Shown here piece after piece: positions 1 to 14,269 of a stretch of 61,606 nt of DNA; the stretch's first letter is position 1; each line of letters opens with the position of its first letter. A program made the translations under genes and the position numbers. The stretch lies in contig NC_068983.1 of the NCBI RefSeq assembly GCF_001194135.2, positions 129,424,400 through 129,486,005 of the forward strand. The letters are read 5' to 3'. The notes under the pieces were generated by a model, which ran no database searches, was not told the origin of the DNA, and worked only from the letters and a program-made list of their open reading frames with translations. This DNA comes from Octopus bimaculoides (lineage: Eukaryota).

Positions 1-39
<39 letters not shown>

Positions 40-360
40 CATATATACATATATATATATATGCATATATGCATATATATATATATATATGTATGTGTGT
101 ATATATATATACACATACATATATATATGTATGTATATATATGTATATATATATATGCATATATACATATAGATATCAATGTTGACAAAGAGAGTTAAAT
201 AGAAGGATAGATATGGGTGTGTACATAAATATGTATGGTATACGTATTTCTTTGTGTGTGTGTATATACTTTTACACAGAGAGAAATATTGTAAAGATAT
301 ACTAACTCGCGTGTGTGTGTGCGTGTGTGAGTGTGTGTTTGTGTGCGAGCGCGTGCGTGT
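1..360. repeat. Compound (AT)n/(GT)n microsatellite region
   Basis: Direct reading: (AT)n with interspersed AC/GT variants, then (GT)n/(GC)n to about 360. Confidence 0.9.
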
Positions 361-3300
361 AAGTGCGGTTTGGTGGCAATTTCTAAAATTGCAGTTATCT
401 AACTTATCCTATTAGCCATTAAATTCCTGTCTTCAAGACTTTCTCGTTTTCCACAAAGAAAGAAATGTAATAGAAGAGGAAGGTATGCTTAAGTCTACGG
501 TGTTAATTAACAGTGTTGAAGTCCTCGCAGCAGGAAACTAAAAGTATGAAAATACGCTCTTGTATGCGATCAAATGTGGCACTGTTTCTTAAACAATGCC
601 AAGTATTTATGGAAAAACAAGCATGAATTATAAGGTGGATGTAAAACTTTCAATGTTCGTTGTTACTTTCAGGAAGTTCTTTTCAGTTTCATATCCTCTT
701 ATAATGCAACGTTTCTTTCAGATATTTCTCTAATGTGACAAAGTGGAAAACAGGTTTCCACACTCTCTCAGCATGCTTGATTTCTTTCAAATATATTACA
801 TGTTAAAACGGAAATAGCGGATCCATTAGCACGAAGTATACTGTGTATCGCTTTTTCTTCACTAATGGTGAATTTTGCTGCAACACCTTGAAAACGAAGT
901 TATAAATATTATTTCCAATATTGCTGTATTTCTATAGAAACTTATAATTATTCGAGTTGGCATATTGTTGATTTGCTAGTTTTTTTTAATATTTAGTATA
1001 CATCTACTATAAGGGACATCAAAACAATTCAAATAGAGAATATATAATAGAATTATAACAGTATCAGAAAAAAAATTTCAGTGATATTGCCAGGAAACGA
1101 TGATACAAGAAACATACAACAATGAAGTAGATATCATATATCATACAACCCTGGTTATAGAACTTTGATTTTGTTTTATGTGATGTTAATTTCCAGTTTG
1201 AGAATTATAATTGTCAATATTGACGAAAAAAATGTAATGATCATGCAGAGCTATTTATTCATACACGATCATGCACACACATACACGTACAGACATGCGT
1301 CCTCACATGCACACACGCACGCACGCACGCACGCACGCACGCTCACACGTACACCACACACTCAGCATCATATTCAAGCACCCAACTCATACATGCAACC
1401 TCACACATTGTATGTTCATGTCTGTATTTACATAATTATGCGTATATATTCACATACATATGTGTATGCCTTTATTTATGCTTCTAGTTATCAATTAGTG
1501 TATTTATAGATATCCCCACATCTGTATTACTTGTTTAATGTGTGTACGTGTGCACGTGTTTTATCTTTTTTATAGCTATATTGTCAAAGTTTTATTATTT
1601 AAATTTACGGAAACAACAAAAACAAATATCACATGATGAAACTGGAATTATAAATATGGTCTTTGAATTTATGCATGAATACAACACAACGTAAACAATA
1701 CGCTTCTCATACTGGGAGCCTATACATGGTCTTTGATTTGCTAGATATAGCAGCCGTATTTCCCGACGATTACTACTTTGGAGATCATGCAGTTATGAAT
1801 AATTTAGTTAATACACCTTGTCTGAGAAGATTAAAAAAAAACAAAAACACATGATTACGGATAGCGAGTCTGGCTTCATTCAAATTTCATCGGAATGATT
1901 TGCATTGTATGTAGAATTACATGTCCATCATTTGAAAATATCAACTGAATATCTTTTGTCCTAGGCTTACAACGCTTCGAATTATGTTCATTACAAATTA
2001 AATGAAATAATTATTATTGTTTTTTTTTGTTCTGTTTAACACCAATTTAGGTTTGGTTTAGCTCTTAAATGATCAAAGGCATTGCGTTCATTACAACACT
2101 GATTTGCTTTGTGACTGCGCATCTTGTGAAAATCTGTCCGATGTTTCATGGTTGAAAATGATGTTATATTTATGGGATTTTGTTACTAATTTTAACACGT
2201 GTTGATCTCTTTGCTACTCTTTGGCTAGGTGCAACATGGTAAGCGTTAACTGCACACCCCTATGTTCAAAGATATTCTACCTCAACAATATCTATATCCC
2301 TCTTTGTACCTAATATGTACCTGGGTTTTAAATAAGAAAGAAACGAACATAGTACATCCACTGTACTAATACTACACAATGAAAAAATTAACTGGGGGGG
2401 CCATACCTTTCTTTTAAACCTCAACAATCCATAGTTTTGTGCATAACTCAATAATTAAAATGGTGCTTCATTGAAAAGTAGGCATATATTAAGGGGCGAA
2501 ATATGAAGAGTATGGGTAAAATAAAATTTCAGTAAGAGTAAGTTTAAGGAGAACAAAGCACCCATTAGATTTGTTTTCCTATTTTTACGTAATGAGTATG
2601 CAATGCTGAGAAAAATCTATGAAAACTAGAGGTTTGCAACTTATATGGTGCTTGTGTAACCATACTGTGAATCTACTGCTACAAGGACGGTTTGTAACTC
2701 TTATTATTAAATTGGTAATGGAAGTGAGCTGGCAAAATGCTTAGCTTTTCATTTGACTTTCCTTTCTGTGTTCATAGGCTCCTTGATGTCAACTTTATCT
2801 TTCATTTATTCGGAGTCAATAATATAAGTAGCAGTTGATTACTTGTGTCTGTGTAGCTCACTAACACCTCACCTTAAAATTGTTGGGTTTGTATCTAAAT
2901 TAGAAAGAATTGTTTAGTAGACTTATTCTGAATCATTTTGCACTCATTTCAAGTACCACCGCACTCAGCTTTACCATTGTTTTTAATTAGCTGATTTTCT
3001 CTAAATTCAACGCCGGATAATCATAATTACTGATTCCGTAAAAATGGTGTCACTATCTGAAATCCAATACACGTAGACATTTGCGATATTTAGGGAAGAT
3101 GATAGCCATAAAAGAAAGATAAGGGAAAATGTCTGTCTGTCACACCACGTCCGGTTCTAATCACAAATCTTGCAACTAAGCCCCCTCTCTCTGCTCCTTT
3201 CTATCTCTTTGTCTCTCACTTTCTGCAGATAGTCATTTAGATGAGTTTTTTAGCTAAAGCTTTCGGAAGAATGGTATTTGTTATTTTAAAAGCTTCCCTT

Positions 3301-4434
3301 ATTTAAAAATGTAATCGAAAATATGAATTAATATTCATAAATATACATTCAGGAAATTAGCTTACGGCTATTCTCTTCTTTCTTTTGGTTTCCTTTTCAT
3401 AAATAGTTACGTTTAAACAAATAAAAGTCATCTGTCTAGATGGATGAATAATGGTCTTTCTATATAAATCTCTTTACATTTTTATCTGTTTATTTTCCGT
3501 TCATTCTCTCTTTCTCATTCGTTTTCTTCCTTCTTCCGTTCATTCCTTCATTGTCTCTTCCTTTTTGCCATTTACATTTTTTCTCTCAATTTTCCTTTTT
3601 CTATCCTTGTGTTTTAGCATTTCCTCTCTGTATTAATCTCTTTCCATTTCTATCATATTTATTGTTTTCCTTCCTGCTTTTCCCCCAATTTCCCTCTCCC
3701 CCCTCCATTTTCTCCATCGGCAAAATAGCCCAAATTATTATGTACTCTACCCATAGCATCCTTCTTTCTGTAATATCAGAAAGGCGATCGAAAAATTCTT
3801 CTTACAGCCATTTTCATGAATTGGTCCACCATAACATTAAAAAATCAAGCAAAAACTTGGTTTTGACGAAGACGTAAATCGTTGATAAATTAACAATATA
3901 TTATTCTGCAACTCTTTATTTTAAGCTAGCGTCATATCCCTCTCAAACATGCATTCGCCATTTCAAGGAAGTAGAATTTCAAAGGGAAGTAATACCAAAT
4001 TGTGAATTTTACCTCATTACTGCAGACATCAAAAACGATCAGCTGTTTTCTGGTCTCGATAGAGTCAGTATATTCCAGACATGAAAACAGTTGCCTATAA
4101 ACATCGATTTCCTAGTTCACAGAATGTCACAGCTGTTCCATATATAAATCCAATATAAATTCACCAAAGTTCGAAAGCATGATATACACGTATTGTCAAA
4201 TTCGAGAAAGCCGTATATAATGCCTTATAGAAATAACATGAATAAAAACAAATGATTATTTTGATCTATTTAACCTTACTAATACTGAAACGTTGTTTTA
4301 CGTATCTTCTACATTTTCGTGCCTGAATATAAACCTCAAGAATTCTATTTTGTTGAGCATAAAACAAAGGATCATAGAGATTTGGAATATATGGATCATA
4401 TATGGATGAAGGTTTAACAGAAAATTTTCATAGA

Positions 4435-5510
4435 CTCAGATATGGCTGTGTAGTATGAGGCTTGCTTTCCATCAACATAGCTCCGCATTAAGTCTCACCG
4501 CGTGGAATTTGGGCAAGTGTAATCTACGATAGACTTGGACGGACCAAATCCTTCTGAGTGCATTTGGTACAGGGCAATGGAAAGAACTCCATCGTATATG
4601 TGAGTATAGACATATGTGCGTGCGCGTGCGTGCATGGGAGTGTGTGTGTACCTTTCTGACTTTATGTCTGTGATTACCCCCACCACCACCACCACAGCTT
4701 AACAACTGGAGGTTTTGTTTTCACGTACCCGTAACTGAGCGGCTCGGCAAGAGGCAAGACTGACTTATAGGGCATAATTACAGAGTTGAACACCCCCGAC
4801 TTTAGAAGGTTATAACTTTCAGAAAAATGAATATTTTTTAATGAAATTTTCTATGCATATATTATTTATTATGTAGATTACGAATATACAAGACTGTTCG
4901 GTGAAAGTGTTTTGGAATGGGGGTGGGGGACAATTTTCGGAAATTCCAACAGAGTTCACTAAAATGCCTCGTAACTTCCAGGAAAAGGAATATTTTTTCG
5001 TTAAATTTTCTACAAATATACCTTGATGTATGTACATTTCGAGCGTGTAGACATTTTGAAGGAAACAGCTGGAGGTTATTTTTGAGAAGTGTTCCCCACT
5101 CGGTGGTGTTTCGAAATGCACATACATCAAGTTATATTTGTAGAAAATTTCACGAAAAAATATTCATTTTCCTGGAAGTTAAGAGGAATTTAAGTGGACT
5201 CTGTTGGAATTTCCGAAAATTGTTCCCCACCCCCATTCCAAAACAATTTCACCGAAAATATTTGTATATTCGGAATCTACATAATAAATAATATATGCAT
5301 AGAAAATTACATTAAAAACATATTCATTTTTCTGAAACTTATGACCTTCCAAAGTCGGGGTTGGGTACAACTCTGTAGTTATGCCACTTATAGAATAGGT
5401 ACTTGACTTAAAGGAAGTCCAGGAAACGGTTTTGTCGACTAAAATCCTACAAGGTTGTGCCTCAGCATAGCTGTGGTAAATTGACTGAAACAGGCAAGAG
5501 GAAAATAAAT
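4435..5510 (+). mobile_element. Decayed tRNA-derived SINE (octopus OK/OR-like), split by a MITE
   Basis: Degenerate head TGGCTGTGTAGT...TTGGGCAAGTGT at 4442-4520, GT-rich middle, and tail CGTAACTGAGCGGCTCGGCAA at ~4730. The tail resumes after the MITE with TAGAATAGGTACT...TGACTGAAACAGG at 5391-5505. Family assignment is by recalled consensus. Confidence 0.7.
4771..5385. mobile_element. 615-bp foldback MITE with GG termini and 8-bp TSD (Merlin-like)
   Basis: Inverted arms of ~270 bp start GGCATAATTACAGAGTTG and end CAACTCTGTAGTTATGCC, with a ~70-bp spacer. Identical 8-mer ACTTATAG at 4763-4770 and 5386-5393. Confidence 0.9.
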
Positions 5511-6570
5511 GATGTTTGAGAGACCGGCTGCTCTTCTACAACCGGTCTCTCTGGCAACTTTAAACCACTTTTTTCGTATTCACAAAAGTTACTCAAAATA
5601 TGATAGCTAAATCGACGAGAACTGTTAAGAGTAATAATCAAGTTAGGCAACATTATATCGAATATTATGCTGAGAAATAATTAAGAAAATGGTAAAGCTC
5701 TGATTATATGATTTCTGAATTGCGATATGTGTACCCCTTTCTTTACCTGATCTAGAAAGTCGAATATTTACTGGTCGAGAACAAATGAAAAGAAAATGAA
5801 TGAAATGATAGAAAATTAACAAGTAATTTATTAATGATTCAGGGGAAGCAACCTTTTCCATTGAAAAATTGGGTGTATATGTTTGTTTCCACTTTAAAGG
5901 AAGATGCTATTGCTGATAGAAAATAGATCATGAAATAAGATTAGATAGAAAAGTAATAGTTGTAGAGTGACATAACTGAAGTTGCATGTATAAGGAAATA
6001 ATTTCAGAGGCTGCATATTTTATATCAAAAGAGATTGATACAAAAATAAAATACACTGTTATATTTAAGTAGGTCTATATCTTAAAAAAAGATTTGTATT
6101 TATCCTCACTGATGTTAATTACTGAGAAAACAATTCTTAAACTAATTGAAATAAATAACACAATAAAATCTTATACATCACAGAAGATTTAATAAAAAGA
6201 AACACATTAAGTAAAATAATTGTCAAAAGAAAATGAAATTAAATGCTTTCAGTTTTCTACATGACGTTTCTAACAGCAACAAAAATGAAAACAAATAGGA
6301 GGAAAATACGAAAGAGCTAAACAATTATGTGTGAATTAATACAATGCTTAAATGACAAAGAAAGCGCATCACTTCAGTGAAAGCTAATTAACAGCTAATT
6401 CTATTGGTAATTACATTGGTTCATTAGGAAGCATCCGTATTTATAGAATGTGAGTCACTTCGCTATATCAATGTATACACGTCTAACTGTTTTCGCAAAG
6501 GTTTACTTTTGCACTATGCGTTATAAATCTGCAAATAGAATATTGATTATACATGCATACATGGGTATAC

Positions 6571-6608
<38 letters not shown>

Positions 6609-6814
6609 NNNNNNNNNNNNNNNNNNNNNNNNNNNNNNNNNNNNNNNNNNNNNNNNNNNNNNNNNNNNNNNNNNNNNNNNNNNNNNNNNNNNNNNNNNNN
6701 NNNNNNNNNNNNNNNNNNNNNNNNNNNNNNNNNNNNNNNNNNNNNNNNNNNNNNNNNNNNNNNNNNNNNNNNNNNNNNNNNNNNNNNNNNNNNNNNNNNN
6801 NNNNNNNNNNNNNN

Positions 6815-6855
<41 letters not shown>

Positions 6856-8009
6856 CATACATATATATATTTACATATACATGCATACATGCATACACGC
6901 ACAGCAGACACAAAAATAACACACATTTATCCGTAGATGGTAGAGAGAAATAATGTATCTGGTTTCCCCTCCCGGATTTATCAGATGCTTTCAAGCGACC
7001 CATTCGAAATGGATCAAACTTTAGTATACGTTCCGTAATTGTACAAATATTTCCATTCTGTTTAGATCATATGATCTTTTAACCACTCCTTAATACTTCT
7101 TTCTGGTACAAGTATTGTCGCACGCACAGCATAGAGTAATATGCTAATCCAATACTTTATTTCTTCCCGCACTCTTTTTTTTTTTCAACTCTCTACTAAC
7201 ATGAAAACATTCCCAATATAAACTATTGAATTGTAGCCTTGGCTTTGTTAATGCGTTTTAATTTTCTCCCCTAGCTTTTTCGGTCATTAAATTCATCTTT
7301 CTTAGAAAACATGCCAATCCGGTTTTTCGATGAAATATGCAGGATCCACTCTCTCAAATGGTGCTTACCATTGTCACAAATACTATGAAAAACATTGAAT
7401 TTTAATGATGAGAGTGACCATCAAATTTGCATCCACAGTTTTTTTAATAATGGCATAACGATTCTGGGTTCTGAAAGAAAATGGACACATAGTTTTCTCT
7501 GACAGAAAACTACCTGGCTTAGTCGAGATCCCAATATGGCACTTCGATAGCCATGTCGGTAGGATGTAGTTATTCTTCCTCTTCAAAATCTTCAGTTCAT
7601 ACGTTCCTCTTATTTTTTACATACGTACTTGGGAAGGAAGCTATTTTTTCAAAAGGGTCAACTGTAACAAATTCTTCATTAGCGTCTAACTTTCTGTATC
7701 CAAAGCATCAACAATTCTGCAATCTTCTTTACTGTTTTTCAAAGATGGATATTCATGGTACTCTTTGTTGATATTCTTTTCTCTATCTATCCGTTCGTTT
7801 TTAATCCCTGGGTATTTAAATCTGCTTTTGGGCAACCCTATATCTGTTACTTCAGGGTCGTATATTTGGTGTAACTAAAGAGAGGTAACATTGTAATTTT
7901 TCTTAAATTGATGCCGTGTAGTAGACTTTTTCAAACTATTCATTTCAGCAGATGATTATAAAGAGAAAGGACCATTTCGTGCAAGCTAGAAGTGTATAGA
8001 CAAAAATAC

Positions 8010-8329
8010 GCATGACATGTAGGGGACTGATATCGGTGGAAACCGGTTGAATCGCCTCCTTCGCTCTATAAGACCGGCTATGTATATATGTGTATATATG
8101 TATGTGTATATGGATATGTATGTATGTGCATATAAATATGTGTGTACGTATGTGTATGCATCTGTGTATGCATGGCATGAAGGGGACTGATATCGGTGGA
8201 AACCGGGTCAATCGCCTCCTTCTCTCTATATGCCCAGCTATGTATATATGTGTATATATGTATGGGTATATGGATATGTATGTATGTGCATATAAATATG
8301 TGTACGTATGTGTATGCATCTGTGTATGC
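8010..8329. repeat. Tandem dimer of a 160-bp unit
   Basis: AGGGGACTGATATCGGTGGAAACCGG starts at 8021 and again at 8181. Each copy is followed by the same degenerate TATG-type tract. Confidence 0.9.
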
Positions 8330-8691
8330 CTGTGCGAGTGAGTGCCTCTGTGTGTATCTGTCCGTATATATAGGTATGTATACGATTTAATTAATTGAGG
8401 TTATTACTAAGGAAAAAATAAATGTGAAGAAAAAAATTCTTATTTTCTCTCACTATGATATTAAGTTATTCTAATCATAGAATTAAGATAAAACTATAAC
8501 TAAAATGATATCAGTGTTTCGCAGTCCTCTAAATCTAAATCTCAATATAATGCAATTAGATTTTGCATAAGTTCACTATTAAAATTTATCCTGAATCTGT
8601 TGCTAAAATTTGTCTTAGGAAATATTTAATGACTATCAAAATTACTCGGATTTTGAAACTATGCTCTTTGACTTCTTAAAACATTTATATG

Positions 8692-9200
8692 TACGAAGGT
8701 AAGTAAAATATTATAGGCACTCTTGTTTCTGTAAGTTCGTTAGAAGAAAGGAAGCGCTGAAATGTTATATCATTTCTGGACAATGTGTGATTTATCCAGT
8801 GGTTATAAAGCTTGTTAATTCTATTGGAGAATGAGTTCGGCTGGTCACGCTGCCATTTGTGAACACTTCCTGCATTTCTTCAACTGGAGTAAGTTGCTAA
8901 CCACGCAAAGAATGTTTGAGCATCCCAAACTTGATATAAGAACATCCTTATATCAAGTTGGGAAACAGAAAAGAAAAGCGCTTCAATAAGAATGCTGAAG
9001 TAAAGGGAATTGTGTTTTAGACCACCACCAATGCAATTAATATGAAGATTTATTGGGTCAACAAAACACCCAAAGATCAGTGTAAAAAGGGAAAAGTATA
9101 ACATACTCAAGAAACAAAAAAAAAACATTCCACCAAAATGCACGCACAGTTCCTAGTAATGTAAATTTGCAACATCATCTTTGGCTTCAAAAATTATTAT
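8692..9200 (+). mobile_element. Possible highly decayed mariner remnant
   Basis: TIR-like TACGAAGGTAAGTAAAATATTA at 8692 and a weak LAPSDFWLF-like nucleotide remnant near 9165-9195. No readable ORF. Confidence 0.3.
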
Positions 9201-9425
9201 TATTGATACGTGAAAATGAGAAATCAGCTCAAAGATAACAACTAAGGAATGATAGCAACATGAGAAATTCATTGACAAGGTCATATATCTAAGTGCATCT
9301 TTGCAATGAGACATTTTTAGATGTGTGATCAAACATTTGCTGCAAAAGAAAAGGAGATGAAATATAATGAAACACCAACATTCGCTTACAAGCTGTATTA
9401 AATATGCCCCGTTACAAAGTTGATA

Positions 9426-10305
9426 TACGAAAGGTACCGAAAAGAAACAGGAAGTTTTCAGTATTATGCCATTCCTTTAGTATTACATGTTAATAGATTT
9501 ATCACAATGCATCGGAACAGGCATATTTTTCTAATACTCGATGCAGTGTTGGAACACTTGAGAAGTAATGCTTTCAACGTTTCTACCGTTTTTTTCGTGA
9601 CCTTATCCACATTTTCAAATTTGGCAGGGCTAGCCTTCGTCAACAGTGATGACTCACGAAGAATGACCCGGGTCAACTACAACTGTTCTGTCAATTCACA
9701 ACAGCATTCAGTCGTGACTGCTTTCGATCTTCTGTGAGAAGGAGAGGAAAAACATTTGATGCATCATTTTATTCACATTTCCTCGCTCAAAATTTGTTTG
9801 CAGGAGATCCAGGACACAAGAGTCATATCAACAAGGTCATCAATTATTTGTAAATGGTCATCCAACATTAGTTCATGATTTTTTTTCTTGAGGTTTTCTT
9901 AGGTGCAGGATGTCGACGGTCGTCCTGAACGTGATTGGTCTTCAAACGACAAGTGACCATTCCTAAAGCGTGAAAACCATTCGTACACTTGTGTTTTGCT
10001 TATGAACGCCTCCTTCGTAAGTTGTTTGAAGCATGACAATTGATCCGATCGCGTTTTGCCCGAGCCAAAAGTAGAATTTCACGGAATTTCGCGTTCCTAC
10101 GTTTCAGCCATCGCAAAATATCTACGAATTGGAGAATAGCACTGCAAAAAAGATGCAACATGTGGCAGTATTGACTGAAAAACCATATTCCGGTCGGCAG
10201 ATTGATGTCAGCAGGGTGGAGCAAGTGGCTTGTAGCGGCGGAAGCGTGAAATACAACGGGACTGCCTTATACAGATATTTGCGGTGATTTTGGGTACACT
10301 CTCAT
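9426..10305 (-). mobile_element. Internally deleted mariner transposon
   Basis: Minus-strand fragments with frameshifts: VKFYFWLGQN, KTQVYEWFSRFRNGHLSFEDQSRSGRPSTS, LLTEDRKQSRLNA, VITVDE, then directly KFENVDKVTKKTVETLKAL and SQVFQHCIEY. TIR-like ends TACGAAAGGTACCGAAAA (9426) and TTTTGGGTACACTCTC (~10288-10303). Confidence 0.8.
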
Positions 10306-10309
10306 TTAT

Positions 10310-10445
10310 GTGATTGTGTCATAAGAGATTTCATTTTCCAACCACAAGTTTCTGTGTTCGGTCCCACGGTGTGGAACCTTGGACATATGTCTTCTGCCAT
10401 TCTGTTACAACCTTGGGCTGGTTAGAGCTTCGTGAGTTATATCGA
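10310..10445 (+). mobile_element. Decayed SINE head fragment
   Basis: CCAACCACAAGTTTCTGTGTTCGGTCCCACGGTGTGGAACCTTGGACATATGTCTTC resembles the SINE head at 4435. Confidence 0.5.
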
Positions 10446-11892
10446 AAGAAATATATATATATATATAAATATATCATATAATATAAATAGTACCATCAAC
10501 ATTGATAATGGAAGTCAGTTTTGAATAAATAGCCATGGGTACTTAGTACTTATTGTGTTTCATTCAGAGCAAAGTATCTGTATCGTATTGGAATTGTTAG
10601 ACCTGTTAGACTTGTTAAAGGTTTGAATATCCGGGTTGTCAGTATTTTGTTGGTTTTAGAATTGTTGCTCGTGTACCACAGAGGTGTAATGTTCTCCTCC
10701 ACACTGAAGAAAAATATTTTCCAAATAGTTTGTAATCACAACAGTTTGACTTTTAACTAAAACCATTTTGTTTTTGTAACGAACGTTCTGCAATTCTGTA
10801 AGATAATTTCTGAAACTCACGTCTAGTAGAAGGTGCTTGCAAATCCGATATAACATCTTTTAACAACACTAATAATGACAATACCCTGGTTCCATCATCT
10901 ATGCCGTTCAATGTGTGTGTAGCTATTAATAATACTTTGTGTGCGATATCCAGTTTTATTTGTATGCAACGCTGGGTTCAGCACGTTAGAATTCTTATCC
11001 CTCCTCACTTTAAAACAATAGTAAGAAACAGATTATCTAGAACGTAAATACAGAATAGAATATTAATATTGAAGGTTATGGGAAAAACAGTGAGAATGCT
11101 AAAGTGACACGAACGAATATCTGATATGTTATATTTTGTCCTTTCAACTGCTATTCAGAATCTTTAAGAAGAAATCAAAATATATTTAAGCGTATATAAG
11201 AATTGCAACATCGATTACTTTACCAATGGAATTTATTGCGCCCAAACATTCAGCAATTGACTGAGTAATAGAATCAATTAGATCGATTAGATCTATTTCA
11301 CTAATGAATGTATCGATTGTATTTATTTTATCAAGTTCAAAATAACGAAATGAACTTAAAATAACATAATTGTGTTTCACAATATATGTTGTCCAACGCT
11401 CTACCTGTTCTATCATCATACTACAATATAAGCATTACAAATACGGTACAATTTCAAGAGAGCACCGAAATTATCTCTCAAAAACACATAAGAGGAAGCT
11501 AAAGCTTGCACAAATACTCACGTTTCTTTCTATTCCATATTGTTCTCATTAATATATCGGATTCATTCGGAAACTTCCCTTTCTAAGAAGATTTCATTCC
11601 ATACCTAATCCACTTACTGTGTTCGGTGAGGATTTTCTTGAGTGGGAAGCAGTATGAGAATCAACTATGTCTTACTGTATACTACATGAAATTCGTACTC
11701 AAATAACTTAATGATAACATAAGCGTACAACAAGCATGTTCTTGGTAGTGAGGGTATATGTATTGCTGTGTATTTATCTATGTGGATTGGGCGTATATAC
11801 TTGAGCTACACAAGAATATATGTTACATTACGCGAGTGTGTAAACCTGTATATATACACAAGAACGAGATAAATACAAAATACTTGCACTTA

Positions 11893-11923
<31 letters not shown>

Positions 11924-12015
11924 ACTAACTACCTATCTATCTATATTGAGAAAGGATATATATATTATTGCTTTATATGTGTGTGTGTATGTGTGTGTGT
12001 ATGTCTATATATATG

Positions 12016-12054
<39 letters not shown>

Positions 12055-12464
12055 GCATGTATGTATGCATGTATGTATGTGTATATATGTATACATACAC
12101 ACACGCACACACATTCAAACATACACATATATATATAGAAAGAGTGAGAGAGAATTACATAATTACATTAAAAAAAAACAGTACATTTATGGAAGAGGAC
12201 GAGTTGTATGTATATAACATTGCTAAACTGCCAGGCATGTTAAATGGATCTTTATAGGATTAGTTGTGTTTTGGGGACAGGAAGCAGAGATGAGGAAAGA
12301 TATCCATTTCACAATGCCACAAGATTCGTTGATGTGGACGATATGGAACAAATTATGGTGATGTAGGTGTAATATTGGAGGTGATCTAAGTTGCTGTTTC
12401 TTTTCTTTTGTTTTTAACCCCGACCAGCTGCAGTACACTTTCGGTTAAATCACTTGGGTGAGAT

Positions 12465-12580
12465 GGGGCAGGCGTGGTAGTATGGTCAGAAGTTGTGTTC
12501 CCAACAACATGGATCTCAGTTTAGTCCCCATGCAGGGCGCCTAAAGTGGGTGTCTTCTACTATAACCTGACTGACTTTGG
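12465..12580 (+). mobile_element. Decayed SINE head fragment
   Basis: GGCAGGCGTGGTAGTATGGT...CCCAACAACATGG...GTGTCTTCTACTATAACC, same family pattern. Confidence 0.5.
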
Positions 12581-13684
12581 AGTACCTAATTCGCGGTATT
12601 CTTGTACCTGCGGTTATGTTCCTGCTCATTCGGTTTACCCCATTTCTGTACCTTGATTGGGAATCATTATAATATGTAGGAGATTTCCACTTTATCTCTT
12701 CCTCCTTCTACTTATCAACTGTTCTACTTCCACTCTCCTCCCCTTTTCTCTTTCTCTTTTCATCATCGTTGCCATCACCTAAACCGACATTCACTCCCTC
12801 TCACCATGCCTGACTTCCACCCATCCTCCAGCATCTTCAATCACCTCTTTACCGTTTTCTTTCCTCCCCTCCCAGATTACTTGCAACCCGCAAAAATCTG
12901 TCAGGCTTAAAACAAAAAAAATTACTCGCCACTCTAGCCATCTCTCTTTTCTAAGCCGTTGCTTTAAGACTGTGAGTAATATTTTACAATTTCTCCATCT
13001 CTTATAATATACTGTTAAGAAAGTAGATCACAATATTATGGAAATTTGACTGTTATATATAACAATACGACAGAGAATTTAGAGATTTCTGCGTGAGTTT
13101 AACCACCATATCGTGAACTTAGTAAGTTATTTCAATGCATTGCAACATTAGAGCAACTCAGATCAAAGTGACTGTCTAATTTGTAATTTTCATTTACATC
13201 GATATTGATACTTTATCCTTCTTAGCTGCGCACCTTCCTCTTGCACACATTCAACCACATACAACCACTTCTCCCCTTGTTTAGATTATCATTGAGAACA
13301 AGTCTGTAGATTTTGACTTTATGGGAATGCAATCTCAAGTAAATTTTTGAACTTTATGAACTCTGCAATATTCATACTTACATAAGTTCAGAATGGAAAT
13401 TAATTCTTATTGGAAAAAGAAAGAATAAATATATAGTACAATATAGAAGTGTATTTACTTGATTTTCGCTACTTTTGAGTTCAACTGTGAACTGTGCTAT
13501 ATTTCCTATTTGTCTACTAGATGAAACTCAAAATATCGTAGGCTATTATTTCTGTAATGAACAATGACATGTCTAGACTAAATGGATAAAGATAGAGGAC
13601 ACATGTTCATACACTGAACTATTGAGATTATCTAATTACTATCATATTTTAACACTTTAAATGTTATAATTTAATATGTTTATA

Positions 13685-13754
<70 letters not shown>

Positions 13755-13859
13755 TTGTGTCTGAAGACTTAAAATGACCGTATAGTAATTTCTTCCAAGA
13801 AATTAAACGTCATTATTTCTTTCAAGTCCTCCAGGGCGAGATAGAATTGTAAGATAAGA

Positions 13860-14240
13860 AAAACAAATAGACATACAGAGTTTGTACTCTTACGAGCGGA
13901 AAACAATGATTTACAAATTGTCAATTCATCAAATGTTGGAAGATCTCTTGTACCGAATGTCCGGATGGATGTGTATACCCCAGTGGGAACGTGTCAACAA
14001 ATATTGAATTTTAGAGAAAAAAGGAATAATAATTATTCTAAGCGTTTTTATCATATCCGAGAGCTAGTCTGAATACATTTGACACACCAATTCATGCAAC
14101 ATTTTCAAAACATTATCGATGATGACTTCGGAAATCAATGATCGCCATCGCCAAAGAACTTCAGTTATCCGAGTAAACTATCAAAATTGAGATCATTCAA
14201 TATACTTAAAGTGTTCTGTTATATTCCCAACTCATGTTGC
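13860..14240 (+). mobile_element. Decayed Tc1/mariner-superfamily (maT/DD37D-like) N-terminal remnant
   Basis: Fragments VLLRAENNDLQIVNSSNVGRSLVPNVRM and, with a frameshift, IIDDDFGKSMIAIAKELQLSE resemble recalled maT transposase HTH regions. Confidence 0.45.
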
Positions 14241-14269
14241 AACCACGACAGGGACAAAACTAGTCGGTA

